Positions 11,920 to 26,459 are shown, counted from the first letter of the stretch. The stretch: 64,000 nucleotides of DNA from Eledone cirrhosa (GCA_964016885.1 OZ024764.1:15500001-15564000); one strand, 5' to 3'. A program made the numbers and translations. Notes: a model not told the origin generated them from the sequence alone.

Positions 11920-12100
11920 CAATCCTAAACTGTAATAGCCAGGCAAGTATTTCTCACATATCGACACCAGGCACCAAAAGGCTTGTTCAGCAGGCATGTG
12001 CATGAGAAGAACAGCGGCAATGGGACCCTGCGCTTGACAGTACCCTTCTTGGGGGTTGTGTATCGTGTATGCCTTTAATATTCGAAAGAGATCTTCCTGC
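11920..12100 (-). CDS. TBC1D10A: TBC1D10A exon 5 ([60 protein letters not shown])
   Basis: tcctttccag acceptor, gtgagt donor, 181 bp; glutamine finger YxQ (GYCQAQ). Confidence 0.97.
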
Positions 12101-12139
12101 CTGGAAAGGATATAATATGAATGAAATATAATTTTATTG

Positions 12140-12610
12140 TGACACTATCACTTTACAGAGTGTACTGGGTGTATTATATTATGACACCATCACTATCACT
12201 TTACAGAGTGTACTGGGTGTATTATATTATGACACCATCACTATCACTTTACAGAGTGTACTGGGTGTATTATATTATGACACCATCACTATCACTTTAC
12301 AGAGTGTACTGGGTGTATTTTATGTCACCAACATTACCACATTACAGAGTGTACTAGGTGTATTTTATCATGACACCAGAACTACTGCTTTACAGAGTGT
12401 ACTGGGTGTATTTTATGTCACCAACACTACTGTTTTACAGAGTGTACTGGGTGTATTTTATCATGACACCAGTACTACTGCTTTACAGAGTGTACAGGGT
12501 GTATTTTATCATGACACCAGTACTACTGCTTTACAGAGTGTACTGGGTGTATTTTATCATGACACCAACACTACCACTTTACAGAGTGCACTGGGTGTAT
12601 TTTATCAGTG
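12140..12610. repeat. ~48-bp minisatellite derived from the RTE-3'UTR/SINE B segment
   Basis: CACTTTACAGAGTGTACTGGGTG... units. Confidence 0.85.
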
Positions 12611-12725
12611 ACATCACAACTCAGTTCTACAGCTGAGTAAACTGGAGCAACATGAAATAAAGTGTCTTGCTCAAGGACAACACATCACCTGGTCTGGGAA
12701 TTGAACTCATATATATATATATATA

Positions 12726-12790
<65 letters not shown>

Positions 12791-13002
12791 TACATATACA
12801 TACAAATATATATATGACCCTATAGGAGGTGTGTTTTAAGACTCAGCCCACGACCACTTTACAGTGGAATGATAGGGACCCCAGTCCTATCATCTCATTT
12901 CTACAGCTGAGTAAACTGGAGCAACATGAAATAAAGTGTCTTGCTCAAGGAAACAACACATCACCTGGTCTGAGAATTGAACTCACAGCCTTTCGATTGC
13001 CT

Positions 13003-13362
13003 AATAATGGTTTCTTATATAGGCACAGGGCCAGCGATTTGGGGGAAAGGGGAAAGTGTATTAAATCGACCCCAGAACATGCTGTAGGTAGCCATTAGCT
13101 TCCTAGTCTTTCTATCCATTTCTTTTTGTTCAGTAACATTCCATTTGATAATTGCTGCACTCTACCTAATAATTGATTCTACATTAGGCACAAGGCCAGC
13201 AATTACCCCAGTGTATTACTGGTACTTTATTTTATCGACCCCGTAAGGATGAAAGGCAAAGTTAACCTCGGCGGGATTTGAACCCAGAAGGTAAAGGGCC
13301 GTAACTCTATGCTGCAAAGAATGGCGTCCGACCCTCTACCGATACTGCCAATCCACCGCCCT
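13003..13362 (-). mobile_element. composite element: SINE A + R4/Dong-like fragment + SINE A tail
   Basis: same SINE-LINE junction as at about 1325. Confidence 0.75.
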
Positions 13363-13424
13363 AACCAATACTAACAACAACAGCCACAGTAATGACCACG
13401 ATGATGAAAATGAAGACAACTTAC

Positions 13425-13531
13425 CCGTGCCCACCCCTCAGAGCAAATATTTCATGTAGAGGAAACTGTCTGTGTAAATCTTTCTTGATATCTTCTATCC
13501 ATCTGGGGTCACCTGGTTTGCTAAGGTACTC
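13425..13531 (-). CDS. TBC1D10A: TBC1D10A exon 4 ([36 protein letters not shown])
   Basis: gtgcag acceptor, gtaagt donor, 107 bp; arginine finger IxxDxxR (IKKDLHR). Confidence 0.96.
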
Positions 13532-13707
13532 CTGCACATCATAATAATAATAATGGTTTCTTATTTAAGCACAAGGCCAGCAATTTTGGGGATGGGGGAA
13601 AGTCAATTAAAATGCCCCACCCCAGGTTGTTACTGGTACTTTACTTTATTGAGCCCATAAGGATGAATAAGTGAGAAGAAAAAGATAATATATAATATCA
13701 CACATAC

Positions 13708-15923
13708 CATTTACATTACTCTATATATACTATTGTATTTTCACAGTAAAGGCTTTACCTCACATAATATCTCACATAACATTTACATTACTCTATATAT
13801 ACTATTGTATTTTCACAGTAAAGGCTTTACCTCACATAATATCTCACATAACATTTACATTACTCTATATATACTATTGTATTGTCACAGTAAAGGCTTT
13901 ACCTCACATAATATCTCACATAGCATTTACATTACTCTATATATACTATTGTATTGTCACAGTAAAGGCTTTACCTCACATAATATCTCACATAACATTT
14001 ACATTACTCTATATATACTATTGTATTGTCACAGTAAAGGCTTTACCTCACATAATATCTCACATAGCATTTACATTACTCTATATATACTATTGTATTT
14101 TCACAGTAAAGGCTTTACCTCACATAATATCTCACATAACATTTACATTACTCTATATATACTATTGTATTTTCGCAGTAAAATCTTTACCTCACATAAT
14201 ATCTCACATAACATTTACATTACTCTATATATACTATTGTATTGTCACAGTAAAGGCTTTACCTCACATAATATCTCACATAACATTTACATTACTCTAT
14301 ATATACTATTGTATTTTCACAGTAAAGGCTTTATCTCACATAATACCTCACATAACATTTACATTACTCTATATATACTATTGTATTGTCACAGTAAAGG
14401 CTTTACCTCACATAATACCTCACATAACATTTACATTACTCTATATATACTATTGTATTGTCACAGTAAAGGCTTTACCTCACATAATACCTCACATAAC
14501 ATTTACATTACTCTATATATACTATTGTATTGTCACAGTAAAGGCTTTACCTCACATAATACCTCACATAACATTTACATTACTCTATATATACTATTGT
14601 ATTGTCACAGTAAAGGTTTTACCTCACATAATACCTCACATAACATTTACATTACTCTATATATACTATTGTATTGTCACAGTAAAGGCTTTACCTCACA
14701 TAATACCTCACATAACATTTACATTACTCTATATATACTATTGTATTGTCACAGTAAAGGCTTTACCTCACATAATACCTCACATAACATTTACATTACT
14801 CTATATATACTATTGTATTGTCACAGTAAAGGCTTTACCTCACATAATACCTCACATAACATTTACATTACTCTATATATACTATTGTATTGTCACAGTA
14901 AAGGCTTTACCTCACATAATACCTCACATAACATTTACATTACTCTATATATACTATTGTATTGTCACAGTAAAGGCTTTACCTCACATAATACCTCACA
15001 TAACATTTACATTACTCTATATATACTATTGTATTGTCACAGTAAAGGCTTTACCTCACATAATATCTCACATAACATTTACATTACTCTATATATATTA
15101 TTGTATTGTCACAGTAAAGGCTTTACCTCACATAATACCTCACATAACATTTACATTACTCTATATATACTATTGTATTGTCACAGTAAAGGCTTTACCT
15201 CACATAATACCTCACATAACATTTACATTACTCTATATATACTATTGTATTGTCACAGTAAAGGCTTTACCTCACATAATACCTCACATAACATTTACAT
15301 TACTCTATATATACTATTGTATTGTCACAGTAAAGGCTTTACCTCACATAATACCTCACATAACATTTACATTACTCTATATATACTATTGTATTGTCAC
15401 AGTAAAGGCTTTACCTCACATAATACCTCACATAACATTTACATTACTCTATATATACTATTGTATTGTCACAGTAAAGGCTTTACCTCACATAATACCT
15501 CACATAACATTTACATTACTCTATATATACTATTGTATTGTCACAGTAAAGGCTTTACCTCACATAATACCTCACATAACATTTACATTACTCTATATAT
15601 ACTATTGTATTTTCACAGTAAAGGCTTTACCTCACATAATATCTCACATAACATTTACTTTACTCTATATATACTATTGTATTGTCACAGTAAAGGCTTT
15701 ACCTCACATAATACCTCACATAACATTTACATTACTCTATATATACTATTGTATTTTCACAGTAAAGGCTTTACCTCACATAATATCGAATCTTTGAGAT
15801 ATTGATGTTATTTATTTTGAGAACAATACCTTAACATAAGCATAAGCAACCAGTTCCAGCCAGTTTAAACAGAAAGAGGTGAGAGAATTCTGGCCGGATA
15901 TGTCCGGTTTAAATGATAAAGGG
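13708..15923. mobile_element. same piggyBac-type MITE with the 72-bp unit expanded to ~29 copies; one TIR lost
   Basis: right end TAAATGATAAAGGG-TTAA; body is the reverse complement of 34789-35216. Confidence 0.85.
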
Positions 15924-15962
15924 TTAATAAATAGAGTGAGGGGAGGGGGGGGGGGTACTTAC

Positions 15963-16070
15963 ATCAAATTTTCCTGCATTTTGGTTCATGAGGAAACTGC
16001 TCCCACAGAGATGCTGCCACGCCCTGGCCCGCAGGGACGGTGGGATACCTTTCCGACATCTGGCCTTTAC
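15963..16070 (-). CDS. TBC1D10A: TBC1D10A exon 3 ([36 protein letters not shown])
   Basis: ttgtttag acceptor, gtaagt donor, 108 bp; TBC motif GIPxSLRxRAW. Confidence 0.96.
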
Positions 16071-16859
16071 CTAAACAACACAGTAAAGTGGTTATTGTTA
16101 TTATTGGTGGTGGTGGTGGTGGTGTGAGGGAGAGGGGTGTTGGTGTAGTGGTGGTGGTGATGTTGGCAGTAGTGATGTTGGTAATGGTGATGTAGTGGTG
16201 GTAGTGTTGTTGGTGTAGGTGGTGGTGTTGGTGGTAGTGGTGGTGGTGGTGGTAGTGTTGATGGTGTAGTGGTGGTGGTGATGTTGGTAATGGTGGTGGT
16301 AGTGGTGTTGGTAATGGTGGTGGTAGTGGTGTTGGTGGTGGTGGTGTTGGTGGTAGTGGTGTTGGTGGTAGTGGTGTAGTGGTGGTGGTGATGTTGGTGT
16401 AGTGGTGGTAGTGGTGGTAGTAGTGTTGGTGGTAGTGGTGTTGGTAATGGTGGTGGTAGTGTTGTTCGTGTAGTGGTGGTAGTGGTGTTGGTGGTAGTGG
16501 TGTAGTGGTAGTGGTGTTGGTGGTAGTGGTGGTGGTGTAGTGGTGGTGGTGTAGTGGTGGTAGTGGTGTTGGTGGTACTGGTGTAGTGGTGTAGTGGTGG
16601 TGGTGGTAGTGGTGTTGGCGGTGCTGGTGTAGTGGTGTTGGTGTAGTGGTGGTAGTGGTGTTGGTGGTGGTGGTGGTAGTGGTGTTGGTGATGTTGGTGG
16701 TAGTGGTGGTGGTGATGTTGGTGGTAGTGGTGGTGGTGGTGTAGTGGTGGTAGTGGTTTTGGTTGTAGTGTTATTATCATTGTTGTTGTTGTTGTTGGTG
16801 GTAGTGGTTGTGTTGGTGTTGATAGTGGTCGTACCAATATACCAGTAATATCAACGTAC

Positions 16860-16959
16860 CTTTTTAAACCGTTTCGTCATCCACTTCTCCCAGTTTTCAA
16901 ACATATCAATCCATTTCACCTCTCTTTTACGAATCATCTCCAAAGTCAGTCGAGGAATT
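16860..16959 (-). CDS. TBC1D10A: TBC1D10A exon 2 ([33 protein letters not shown])
   Basis: tttctcaccag acceptor, gtacgt donor, 100 bp; matches the RExKWxxMxxNWxKWM motif of TBC1D10. Confidence 0.95.
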
Positions 16960-17170
16960 CTGGTGAGAAATATAACCAACAATATCACACACATATATAT
17001 ATATATACACACACACACTTTTATATATAACCAATATTTGTTTCTACTTTAGGCACAAGGCCAGCAATTACCCAGTGTATTACTGGTACTTTATTTTATC
17101 GACCCCGTAAGGATGAAAGGCAAAGTCAACCTCGGCGGGATTTGAACTCAACAAATAATATCACACACAT

Positions 17171-17550
17171 AGGCACATGGCTTAATGGTTAGAGCATTGG
17201 GCTTGCAATCGAAAGGTTGTGAGTTCAATTCTCAGACCGGGTGATGTGTTGTTTTCTTGAGCAAGACTCTTTATTTCACATTGCTCCAGTTTCTCAGCTG
17301 TAGAAATGAGATGATAGGGACTGGGGTCCCTATCATTCCACTGCAAAGTGGTCGTGGAGGTGCCACAGCAAAAAGCACCCAGCACACAAATGAGGTTGGT
17401 GTTAGGAAGGGCATCCAGCTGTAGAAATCAAGCCAGAATCAGTTCCCGTATGAGCAAGACAAGGTCAGCCGACAGGACACTGCCCACAACAGGACAACCT
17501 GTCAAACCCATGCTAGCGTGGAAGAATGGACGTAAAACGATGATGATGAT
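17171..17550 (+). mobile_element. SINE family B, alternative RTE tail
   Basis: same head; tail AACCCATGCTAGCGTGGAAGAATGGACGTAAAAC(GAT)n. Confidence 0.85.
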
Positions 17551-18045
17551 ATATATATAAAGTTGTAGTTCCTGTCTGTCTGTTTGTTTGTTCACGAACT
17601 CCTCCTATGGTTTTGGAGATAGACCCCCATAACCATATATATTCTGAAACTACATTGCCCAGGGTACTTGGATAAGTATATTTCATTTTAATCAAAGGGT
17701 TCCCCAGGAGCACAAACCACCATTGAAAAACTTTTCCCTTCAATTTATATGAAATTTAAACAATAGGTAAATGACAACATATGATGCCTATTCACAAAAG
17801 TTTTGAATTGATATTTTGAAAAAAATATTTACAAGAAACAAAATAAGAATAATATTTAATAATGTAATTTTAATTTGATATATTACAAAAAATAATGTTT
17901 TCCAGTTTTTCATGCATTACATTTTACATTGAGTAATATTGAAATGCAGAGGTTTTCTCCATAAATTATATCACTGATTTAAAATCAATCATTTTCTTAC
18001 AAAAACAATGTGTGAAACGCAGCAAGGTGCGGGTAATTCGGCTAA
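17551..18045 (+). mobile_element. non-autonomous Helitron-like element
   Basis: 5' tatataaagttgtagt followed by (TGTC/TGTT)n; 3' hairpin CGCAgcaaggTGCG then CTAA-T (CTRR). Confidence 0.6.
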
Positions 18046-18205
18046 TATGTTATAAAATAAATGGGATGGGTTTGGGTCTCAATATGTAAACTAAACGACT
18101 AATTCTGGTTTTTAAAAAATCAACAGAGACAACCTAGGAAAATTACCAATGACAAAACAGCCTGCCATTTATTCCACCCCACCCCTATTATTTGGGACCC
18201 AAGAG

Positions 18206-18270
<65 letters not shown>

Positions 18271-18759
18271 AATGGCTTCTACAGGACTAGAACTGTTTCT
18301 TCGGGAGAAATCACCAGAGTCCTGTCGAAACTATTTCTATATTAAATATTTATACTCTGCTATGTATTGAGTACTTTACTTACTGTGGTTACCCTCGACT
18401 GAACCTGGGGTAAACATATATATATATATATATACACCCCAACCCACTACCCCTAGTCCCACCCTTTCTCTGTAAAGATATGTTGGTACCACAACATCCA
18501 GTCCAAACTAAAGAGGTCTTGTAGGTGTCACAACAAACAAACACACAGTCCATGCTGTAATGTGGCCGTGTAGGCAACACGGTAAAAACCTCCCAGTCCA
18601 CACTGTAAATGTGGTTGGTGTTAGGAAGGGCATCCAGCCGTTGAAAACCTGCCAGACAGTCCTATACGAGCGAGACACGGTCACCTGACCAATCTTGCCT
18701 CAAGTGGGACAACTCCCGTCTAACCCATGCTAGGGTGGAAGATAGACGCTAAACGATGA

Positions 18760-18808
<49 letters not shown>

Positions 18809-18949
18809 AGCATGTGTTTTATACTTTGTGTGAGAGATGTCTAGCTGCTATTTCTAGCAGGTTCGACAGCAGTCCCTGTTGTTGGCACAACACCAAATAT
18901 GTAGAATTTATTTCTACATATAAACATAGTTTATATTGTATTTTATATT

Positions 18950-19115
18950 TACAAATATATATATATATACACATGTATATATATATATAAATATATATAT
19001 ATAGATACAAATGTTTATATATATACATAAATATATATATATATATAAATATATATATATAGATACAAATGTTTATATATATACATATATATTTATTTAT
19101 ATATACACACACAGG

Positions 19116-19146
<31 letters not shown>

Positions 19147-19229
19147 GTATATATATATATATATATACACATGTATATATAGATACACACATACATGTGT
19201 ATATAGATATACACACATACATTACAAGC

Positions 19230-19260
<31 letters not shown>

Positions 19261-19375
19261 TATACATATATATATATATACATATTTATCCTTATCAAGC
19301 CCTTTTTGGATTTTAGTCTTCAAATTTATTATTATTACTATATATATATATATATACACATATATATATATATAT

Positions 19376-19420
<45 letters not shown>

Positions 19421-19440
19421 TATATATATATACACACATA

Positions 19441-19490
<50 letters not shown>

Positions 19491-19509
19491 TATATATATA
19501 TATATACAC

Positions 19510-19540
<31 letters not shown>

Positions 19541-19559
19541 TATATATATATATATACAC

Positions 19560-19616
<57 letters not shown>

Positions 19617-19693
19617 TATATATATATACACACATATATATATATATATACACACATATATATATATATATACACATATATATATATATACAC

Positions 19694-19724
<31 letters not shown>

Positions 19725-19764
19725 TATATATATATACACACATATATATATATATATACACACA

Positions 19765-19804
<40 letters not shown>

Positions 19805-19863
19805 CACATATATATATATATATATACACATATATATATATACATATATATACACATATATAT

Positions 19864-19904
<41 letters not shown>

Positions 19905-20345
19905 TATACACATATATATATATACACATATATATATACACATATATATACACATATATATATACACATATATATATATATATATACACATATATATATA
20001 TATATATACACATATATATATATATATATACACATATATATATATATATACACATATATATATATATATACACATATATATATATATATACACATATATA
20101 TATATATATACACATATATATATATATATACACATATATATATATATATACACATATATATATATATATACACATATATATATATACACATATATATATA
20201 TACACATATATATATATACACATATATATATATATATACACACATATATATATATATATACACACATATATATATATATATACACACATATATATATATA
20301 CACACATATATATATATACTCACACACACATATTTATATACACAC

Positions 20346-20376
<31 letters not shown>

Positions 20377-20409
20377 TATATATACACACACACACACATA
20401 TACACACAC

Positions 20410-20444
<35 letters not shown>

Positions 20445-20454
20445 TATATACACA

Positions 20455-20540
<86 letters not shown>
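18950..20540. repeat. compound (TA)n/(CA)n microsatellite field (others at 29860-30395, 31640-32320, 45620-49950, 54260-55380)
   Basis: direct inspection. Confidence 0.97.
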
Positions 20541-20542
<2 letters not shown>

Positions 20543-20795
20543 GAAGATAGTATATCTTGTACAGTTAATCTTATCATAGGGAAGGAGGGTGGCAGTAAGG
20601 GGGGGGGGGGGCTATATCTAGATCTCGCCACACCCCGTTCCCCACCCCACCCTCTTTCAGTACCCTATTTCATAATCTTTTCCTGCATCTCGTTACTATA
20701 ATAAGCTGGTGGGTGGAGGTGGTGGGTCGGTGCAGAGAGGGGCCATCAAACACCACCACCACCACCATAACACCACCATCACCATCACCATAAAG

Positions 20796-20836
<41 letters not shown>

Positions 20837-20977
20837 TATATATAGAGAGTGGGCAACTGAGATTATGCCAATGTGTATATAAATATACACATATTTAATA
20901 TATAGAAAGTATGCCAATGTCCTCATCATCATCGTTTAACATCCATTTTTCTCTACAGGTAACATAAAATGGCTCTG

Positions 20978-22133
20978 TACCAGTCACCACCAAGATGTCA
21001 GCTGTCCTCAGTCCCTCTACCAGTCCTCACCAAGATGTCAGCTGAACTTGGTCCCTCTACCAGTCACCACCAAGATCTCAGCTGAACTTGGTCCCTCTAC
21101 CAGTCACCACCAAGTTCTCAGCTGTCCTTGGTCCCTCTACCAGTCACCACCAAGATGTCAGCTGTCCTCAGTCCCTCTACCAGTCCTCACCAAGATGTCA
21201 GCTGAACTTGGTCCCTCTACCAGTCACCACCAAGATCTCAGCTGAACTTGGTCCCTCTACCAGTCACCACCAAGATCTCAGCTGTCCTCGGTCCCTCTAC
21301 CAGTCACCACCAAGATCTCAGCTGTCCTCAGTCCCTCTACCAGTCACCACCAAGATCTCAGCTGTCTCGGTCCCTCTACCAGTCACCACCAAGTTCTCAG
21401 CTGTCCTTGGTCCCTCTACCAGTCACCACCAAGATCTCAGCTGTCCTTGGTCCCTCTACCAGTCACCACCAAGATCTCAGCTGTCCTTGGTCTCTCTACC
21501 AGTCACCACCAAGATCTCAGCTGTCCTTGGTCCCTCTACCAGTCACCACCAAGTTCTCAGCTGTCCTTGGTCCCTCTACCAGTCACCACCAAGATCTCAG
21601 CTGTCCTTGGTCCCTCTACCAGTCACCACCAAGATCTCAGCTGTCCTCAGTCCCTCTACCAGTCACCACCAAGATCTCAGCTGTCCTTGGTCCCTCTACC
21701 AGTCACCACCAAGATCTCAGCTGTCCTTGGTCCCTCTACCAGTCACCACCAAGATCTCAGCTGAACTTGGTCCCTCTACCAGTCACCACCAAGATCTCAG
21801 CTGTCCTTGGTCCCTCTACCAGTCACCACCAAGATCTCAGCTGTCCTTGGTCCCTCTACCAGTCACCACCAAGATCTCAGCTGTCCTCAGTCCCTCTACC
21901 AGTCACCACCAAGATCTCAGCTGTCCTCAGTCCCTCTACCAGTCACCACCAAGATCTCAACTGTCCTTGGTCCCTCTACCAGTCCTCACCAAGATGTCAG
22001 CTGTCCTCAGTCTCTTTACCAGTCACCACCAAGATCTCAGCTGTCCTCAGTCCCTATACCAGTCACCACCAAGATCTCAGCTGTCTCGGTCCCTCTACCA
22101 GTCCTCACCAAGATCTCAGCTGTCTCGGTCCCT
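20978..22133. repeat. 40-bp minisatellite (~29 copies)
   Basis: unit GTCCCTCTACCAGTCACCACCAAGATCTCAGCTGTCCTTG. Confidence 0.95.
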
Positions 22134-22399
22134 GCACTGCTAATTTCCTCTGCAAAATCAGAAACACAGCAGGCCACCTGTGGAAGGATCCTGTGAGGTG
22201 AGATGGCTATTGCAGCAGGTGCCTCTGGCCATTCTCCAAGGCAATAACTTTGCCATTTTATCTGTGGGGTGCAGCTAAAACACTGCTCAGACAGAGATGT
22301 GGGGGCCTGTCACCCCCCCCCCCCTTTCCACCATGTATACTGTAGTTATTTTACGACTGAATATTTTGTATTGCAATAAATTTCTGTGATGTTCTATAT

Positions 22400-23314
22400 C
22401 AGAGGTTCTCAAACTTTTTGGGCCACTGTCCCCACTCTCCCTCAGGGCCACAGAAAACCCCCAGCGCCCCCAACCCTGTTTCCAGAGAGACCAGCCTACA
22501 CGCAAACTGTAAATAATATATAATAAATAAAATCGTTAACTTATATATAATAAATAATATAATATATACTATGTATAAATAAATATCATATATTTTTTAT
22601 TTTACTATATTTATATATAATGGTTTCTTATATAGGCACAAGGCCAGTGCGTGACTGGGGTCGATTTAAAGGACTTTTGAGGGAGGGCAAAGTCCTTTAA
22701 ATCGACCCCAGTGCGTGACTGGTACTTTATTTTATCAACCCCGTAAGGATGTATAAATAAATATATATTTTTTATTTTACTATATTTATATATAATATGT
22801 ATATAGACAATATGCCCCCACACCCTCCCACTGCAAAGTGGTCGTGTAGGCGCCACGGAAAAAAAGCACCCAGCCCACACTGTAAAGTGGACGTGTAGGC
22901 GCCACGGAAAAAAAGCACCCAGCCCACACTGTAAAGTGGACGTGTAGGCGCCACGGAAAAAAAGCACCCAGCCCACACTGTAAAGTGGACGTGTAGGCGC
23001 CACGGAAAAAAAGGACCCAGCACTCACTGGAAATGAGGTTGGTGTTAGGAAGGGCATCCAGCTGTAGAGATCGAGCCAAAATCAGTTCCTGTATGAGCAA
23101 GGCATGGTCAGCCAGCCAGACACTGCCCACAACAGGACGACCCGTCTAACCCATGCTAGCATGGAAGAACGGACGTAAAACGGTGATGATGATGATGATG
23201 ATGTATCATTTGATATTTAATATACTATTATATCATCTCTCCCACTCCCCCACTGCTCCCTGGACCTTCTAAATGCCCCCGAGGGGGAGGTAGCGACCAT
23301 TTTAAGAACCTCTG
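22400..23314. mobile_element. hAT (Charlie-like) MITE with nested SINE/RTE fragments
   Basis: TIRs CAGAGGTTCTCAAA / TTTAAGAACCTCTG; 8-bp TSD TTCTATAT at 22392-22399 and 23315-23322. Confidence 0.9.
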
Positions 23315-23374
23315 TTCTATATGAAAGCTATGTAAAATGTCTTCATTCCACAGATACCCTTACTTTATTATTTA

Positions 23375-26300
23375 ATGCTCACTACTGCCAAGACACCCAA
23401 CAGTGACTATATAATTATTGGTGGCGACCTTAATGGTCAGGTTGGACAACATTGTGATGGCTATGATGGAGTCCATGGAGGCTATGGGCTTGGTACAAGA
23501 AATGAGGAAGGTTTAGACGACGAGTATTTGTGTATTTATGACTTGCAAAAATATTCAGAAGAATACGAATGGCTGGTGCGTGTTTGTACAATCAGCTCCA
23601 AGAAAATTGCGTGTTGTCGCTCTGCATCCTTTTGCCGGAGTGTCTGTGTTATTTTTATGACGTCCGTTTGTGACGTCAGAGCTATCACACTACAGGTGTC
23701 GCTTCACTACATATAGCCCTCCTCCAGATGACCATTCGATGAAGAAGTAAACATATGTAGTGAGAAGCAAGGCAAAGATAGGTAATAAACAAAAGAAATG
23801 TTTACACAAGCAGCAAACAAAAGGCAAGGCATGCAAAAATGCAACAACAGAAACATGCAAAACAATCAATAAAATGCAGCAAATCGTAAGAAAGACTTTG
23901 TCGTAAGAAAAATCGTAAGAAAGACTTAGCAAAGGGCTGCAACAAGGGCAGCTTAAATGTACACAGTTTAACACAGTTTGTTTCCCAAAAGGCTCCAGTG
24001 GCCAGTTCATATAATAAAAGTTTGGAAGAGTTCCTTGGGCCAGTGGACTCTTCGACCAGAGCTGGTCGTGGTCTTGTACCTTGTATCAGGTGTCGCTTTG
24101 CTACAAAGGCTTCAGGATCCTGGAATTCTGTGAGCAAATGACCTGACTATCTTCAACACAAACTTCGAAAAATGTGACAGTCATTCGATTACTTATAGGT
24201 GATGGGAGCACACCAGCCAGATAAATTTATCCTTACTAGAAACCGAGACAAATTGTCTGTTTTGAACACTAAGTCCCTCCCTCGTGAAGAATGCGCCTCC
24301 CAACATAACTTAATAGTTAGTGACTTCATAGTTAGGACCAGACGTAATTGCCGGCAGAGGAATACCTTAAGGAGAAGATTATGGAAGTTGAAGAACCCCA
24401 CAGCTAGTAACAAATTTAAAAGCATATTACTTGATGCTTTTGATAGTAAGGAAGAGCAATTAGAGACATACAATATAGAGGAACAGTGGGAACTCCTGAA
24501 AGTTAACCTGTTGAAGGTGACAGATGAAATCTGGCTGGAGCAGACCTTTAGGCAGGAGGAGAGTGACATGGTAGTGGAACAGTAAGGTGGAGAAGACAAT
24601 CAAGGGTAAAAAGCAGGCGTGGAAAGAATGGCAAGATGGGGTTAGTAGAGAACACTATCGGGTAGCTAGGAGAGAAGCTAGACAACAAGTATACCTTGCA
24701 AAGTGGGAAGCAGAGGATAGAAAGTTCAAGCATGTTCTACAACGGGCAGACCAAAGACGGGAGGTGTTCAGGATTGCGAGGCAATGTGTCAAGGAGAACT
24801 GTGATATTGTCGGGGAGACGTGTCCGTAATGATGATGGTGTACTTGCCCTCACTGATACTGATAAGAAGGTAGCTTGGAAGTGTCACTACGAGAGACTAC
24901 TGAATGTGGAGAATGAATGGAATAAAGATAGTCTGCCCCACATTTATCCAATAGAAGGACCAGCAGTCCAAGTTAATGGTAGTATAGTAAGTAAGGCAAT
25001 CAGAGATATGAAGAAGACAGGCAAGGCAGCTGGGCCTTCGGGGATAGTTGCTGAAATGTTGAAGGTATCTGGAATGGTAGGACATAATATGGTCACCCGG
25101 ATAGTAAACTAAGTAATACAGAATGGGGTCATACCAGATGACTGGTGTAGCAGCAGCATCATTAACTGCTACAAGGGTAAAGGAGATGCTCTAGATAAAG
25201 GAAATTATAGAGGCATTAAGTTAGTTGACCAGGTCATGAAGGTCACACAAAGAGTTATAACACAACTAAACAGAGATCGAATTGATCTAGATGAAATGCA
25301 GTTTAGGTTTGTGCCAGGTAAAAGTACCATGGATGCTCTTTTCCTTGTACGGCAATTACAGCAGGAGTACCTAGCTAACAGTAAACCCCTCTACTTAGCT
25401 TTTGTTGACCTGGAGAAGGAATTTGACAGAGTCCCACGCACCTTAATCTGGTGGGCTCTTAGAAAACTAGGAGTGGAAGAATGGCTTGTGAGAGCTATAC
25501 AAGCCATGTATAGAGGAACAGTCAGCAAGGTTAGAATTAACAACGAATATAGTGATGAATTTAGCGTAAAAGTAGGGGTTCACCAAGGCTCCGTCCTTAG
25601 CCCCCTCCTGTTTATTATTGTCCTACAGGCTAGAACAGAAGGGTTTAAGACTGGTTGCCCATGGGAACTTCTATATGCAGATGATCTAACTCTCAAGCTG
25701 AATCTATGACTGAACTAGAGAGGAAGTCCCAAACACGGAGACATGGCCTAGAATCAAAAGGCTTTAGAGTCAACTTGTCTAAGACTAAAGTTCTAGTATG
25801 TAGAAAGGGGAATAGGACACAGGTGCCCTCGGGGAAATGGCCATGCTCAGTGTGTAAGAAGGGAGTAGGTAGAAATTCCATTCTATGCCCCAAATGCAAA
25901 CTATGTGGTTGATGCTAAGGTGCAGTAAGTAGCAAGGACCCACTGGATGCTATCTCCAACTGGCCAGATGGTTCTATAGAAATAGTAGACACTTTCTGTT
26001 ACCTAGGTGACAAAATCAGCAGTGGAGGAGGGTGCTCTGAAAGTGTAGTAGCCAGAGTTAGAACGGGAAGGAAAAAGTTCAGAGAGCTAATACCGCTGTT
26101 GGCCACAAGAGGTTTTTCTCTAAAAGTGAAAGGCAGATTGTATGATGCTTGTATACGAATGGCGATATTACACGGTAACAAAACCTGGGCAGTGTGTGCT
26201 GAAGACTTGCGTAGATTAGAAAGAAATGAAACACGCATCCCCCGATGGATGTGTAATAGTGATATGTGTGTGAACGGCAAAGCATAAATGAATTGAGAGA

Positions 26301-26398
26301 GAGACTAAGCATAAGAGGTATCAAATGTTGTTTTCTGGAGAGGAGATTGCGTTGGTATAGACATGTGATGTGTATGAAGGACAACAGCTGTATAAAAA

Positions 26399-26402
<4 letters not shown>
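23375..26402 (+). mobile_element. degenerate RTE-clade LINE (APE endonuclease + reverse transcriptase), interrupted by a solo LTR
   Basis: GGDLNG endonuclease motif; AFVDLEKEFDRV, GVHQGSVLSPLLF and LLYADDL RT motifs; several frameshifts and stops. Confidence 0.93.
23512..24105. mobile_element. solo LTR (594 bp) with 4-bp TSD AAGG
   Basis: removing it restores the RTE peptide TRNEEG-FRILEFCE; termini TTTAG...CTACA (TGTAG/CTACA with one change); internal AATAAA. Confidence 0.8.
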
Positions 26403-26454
<52 letters not shown>

Positions 26455-26459
26455 GGTAA

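Noticed and set aside
13733-15805. 690-aa ORF with a 24-aa repeat
   Set aside because: 72-bp unit inside a MITE, antisense in an intron
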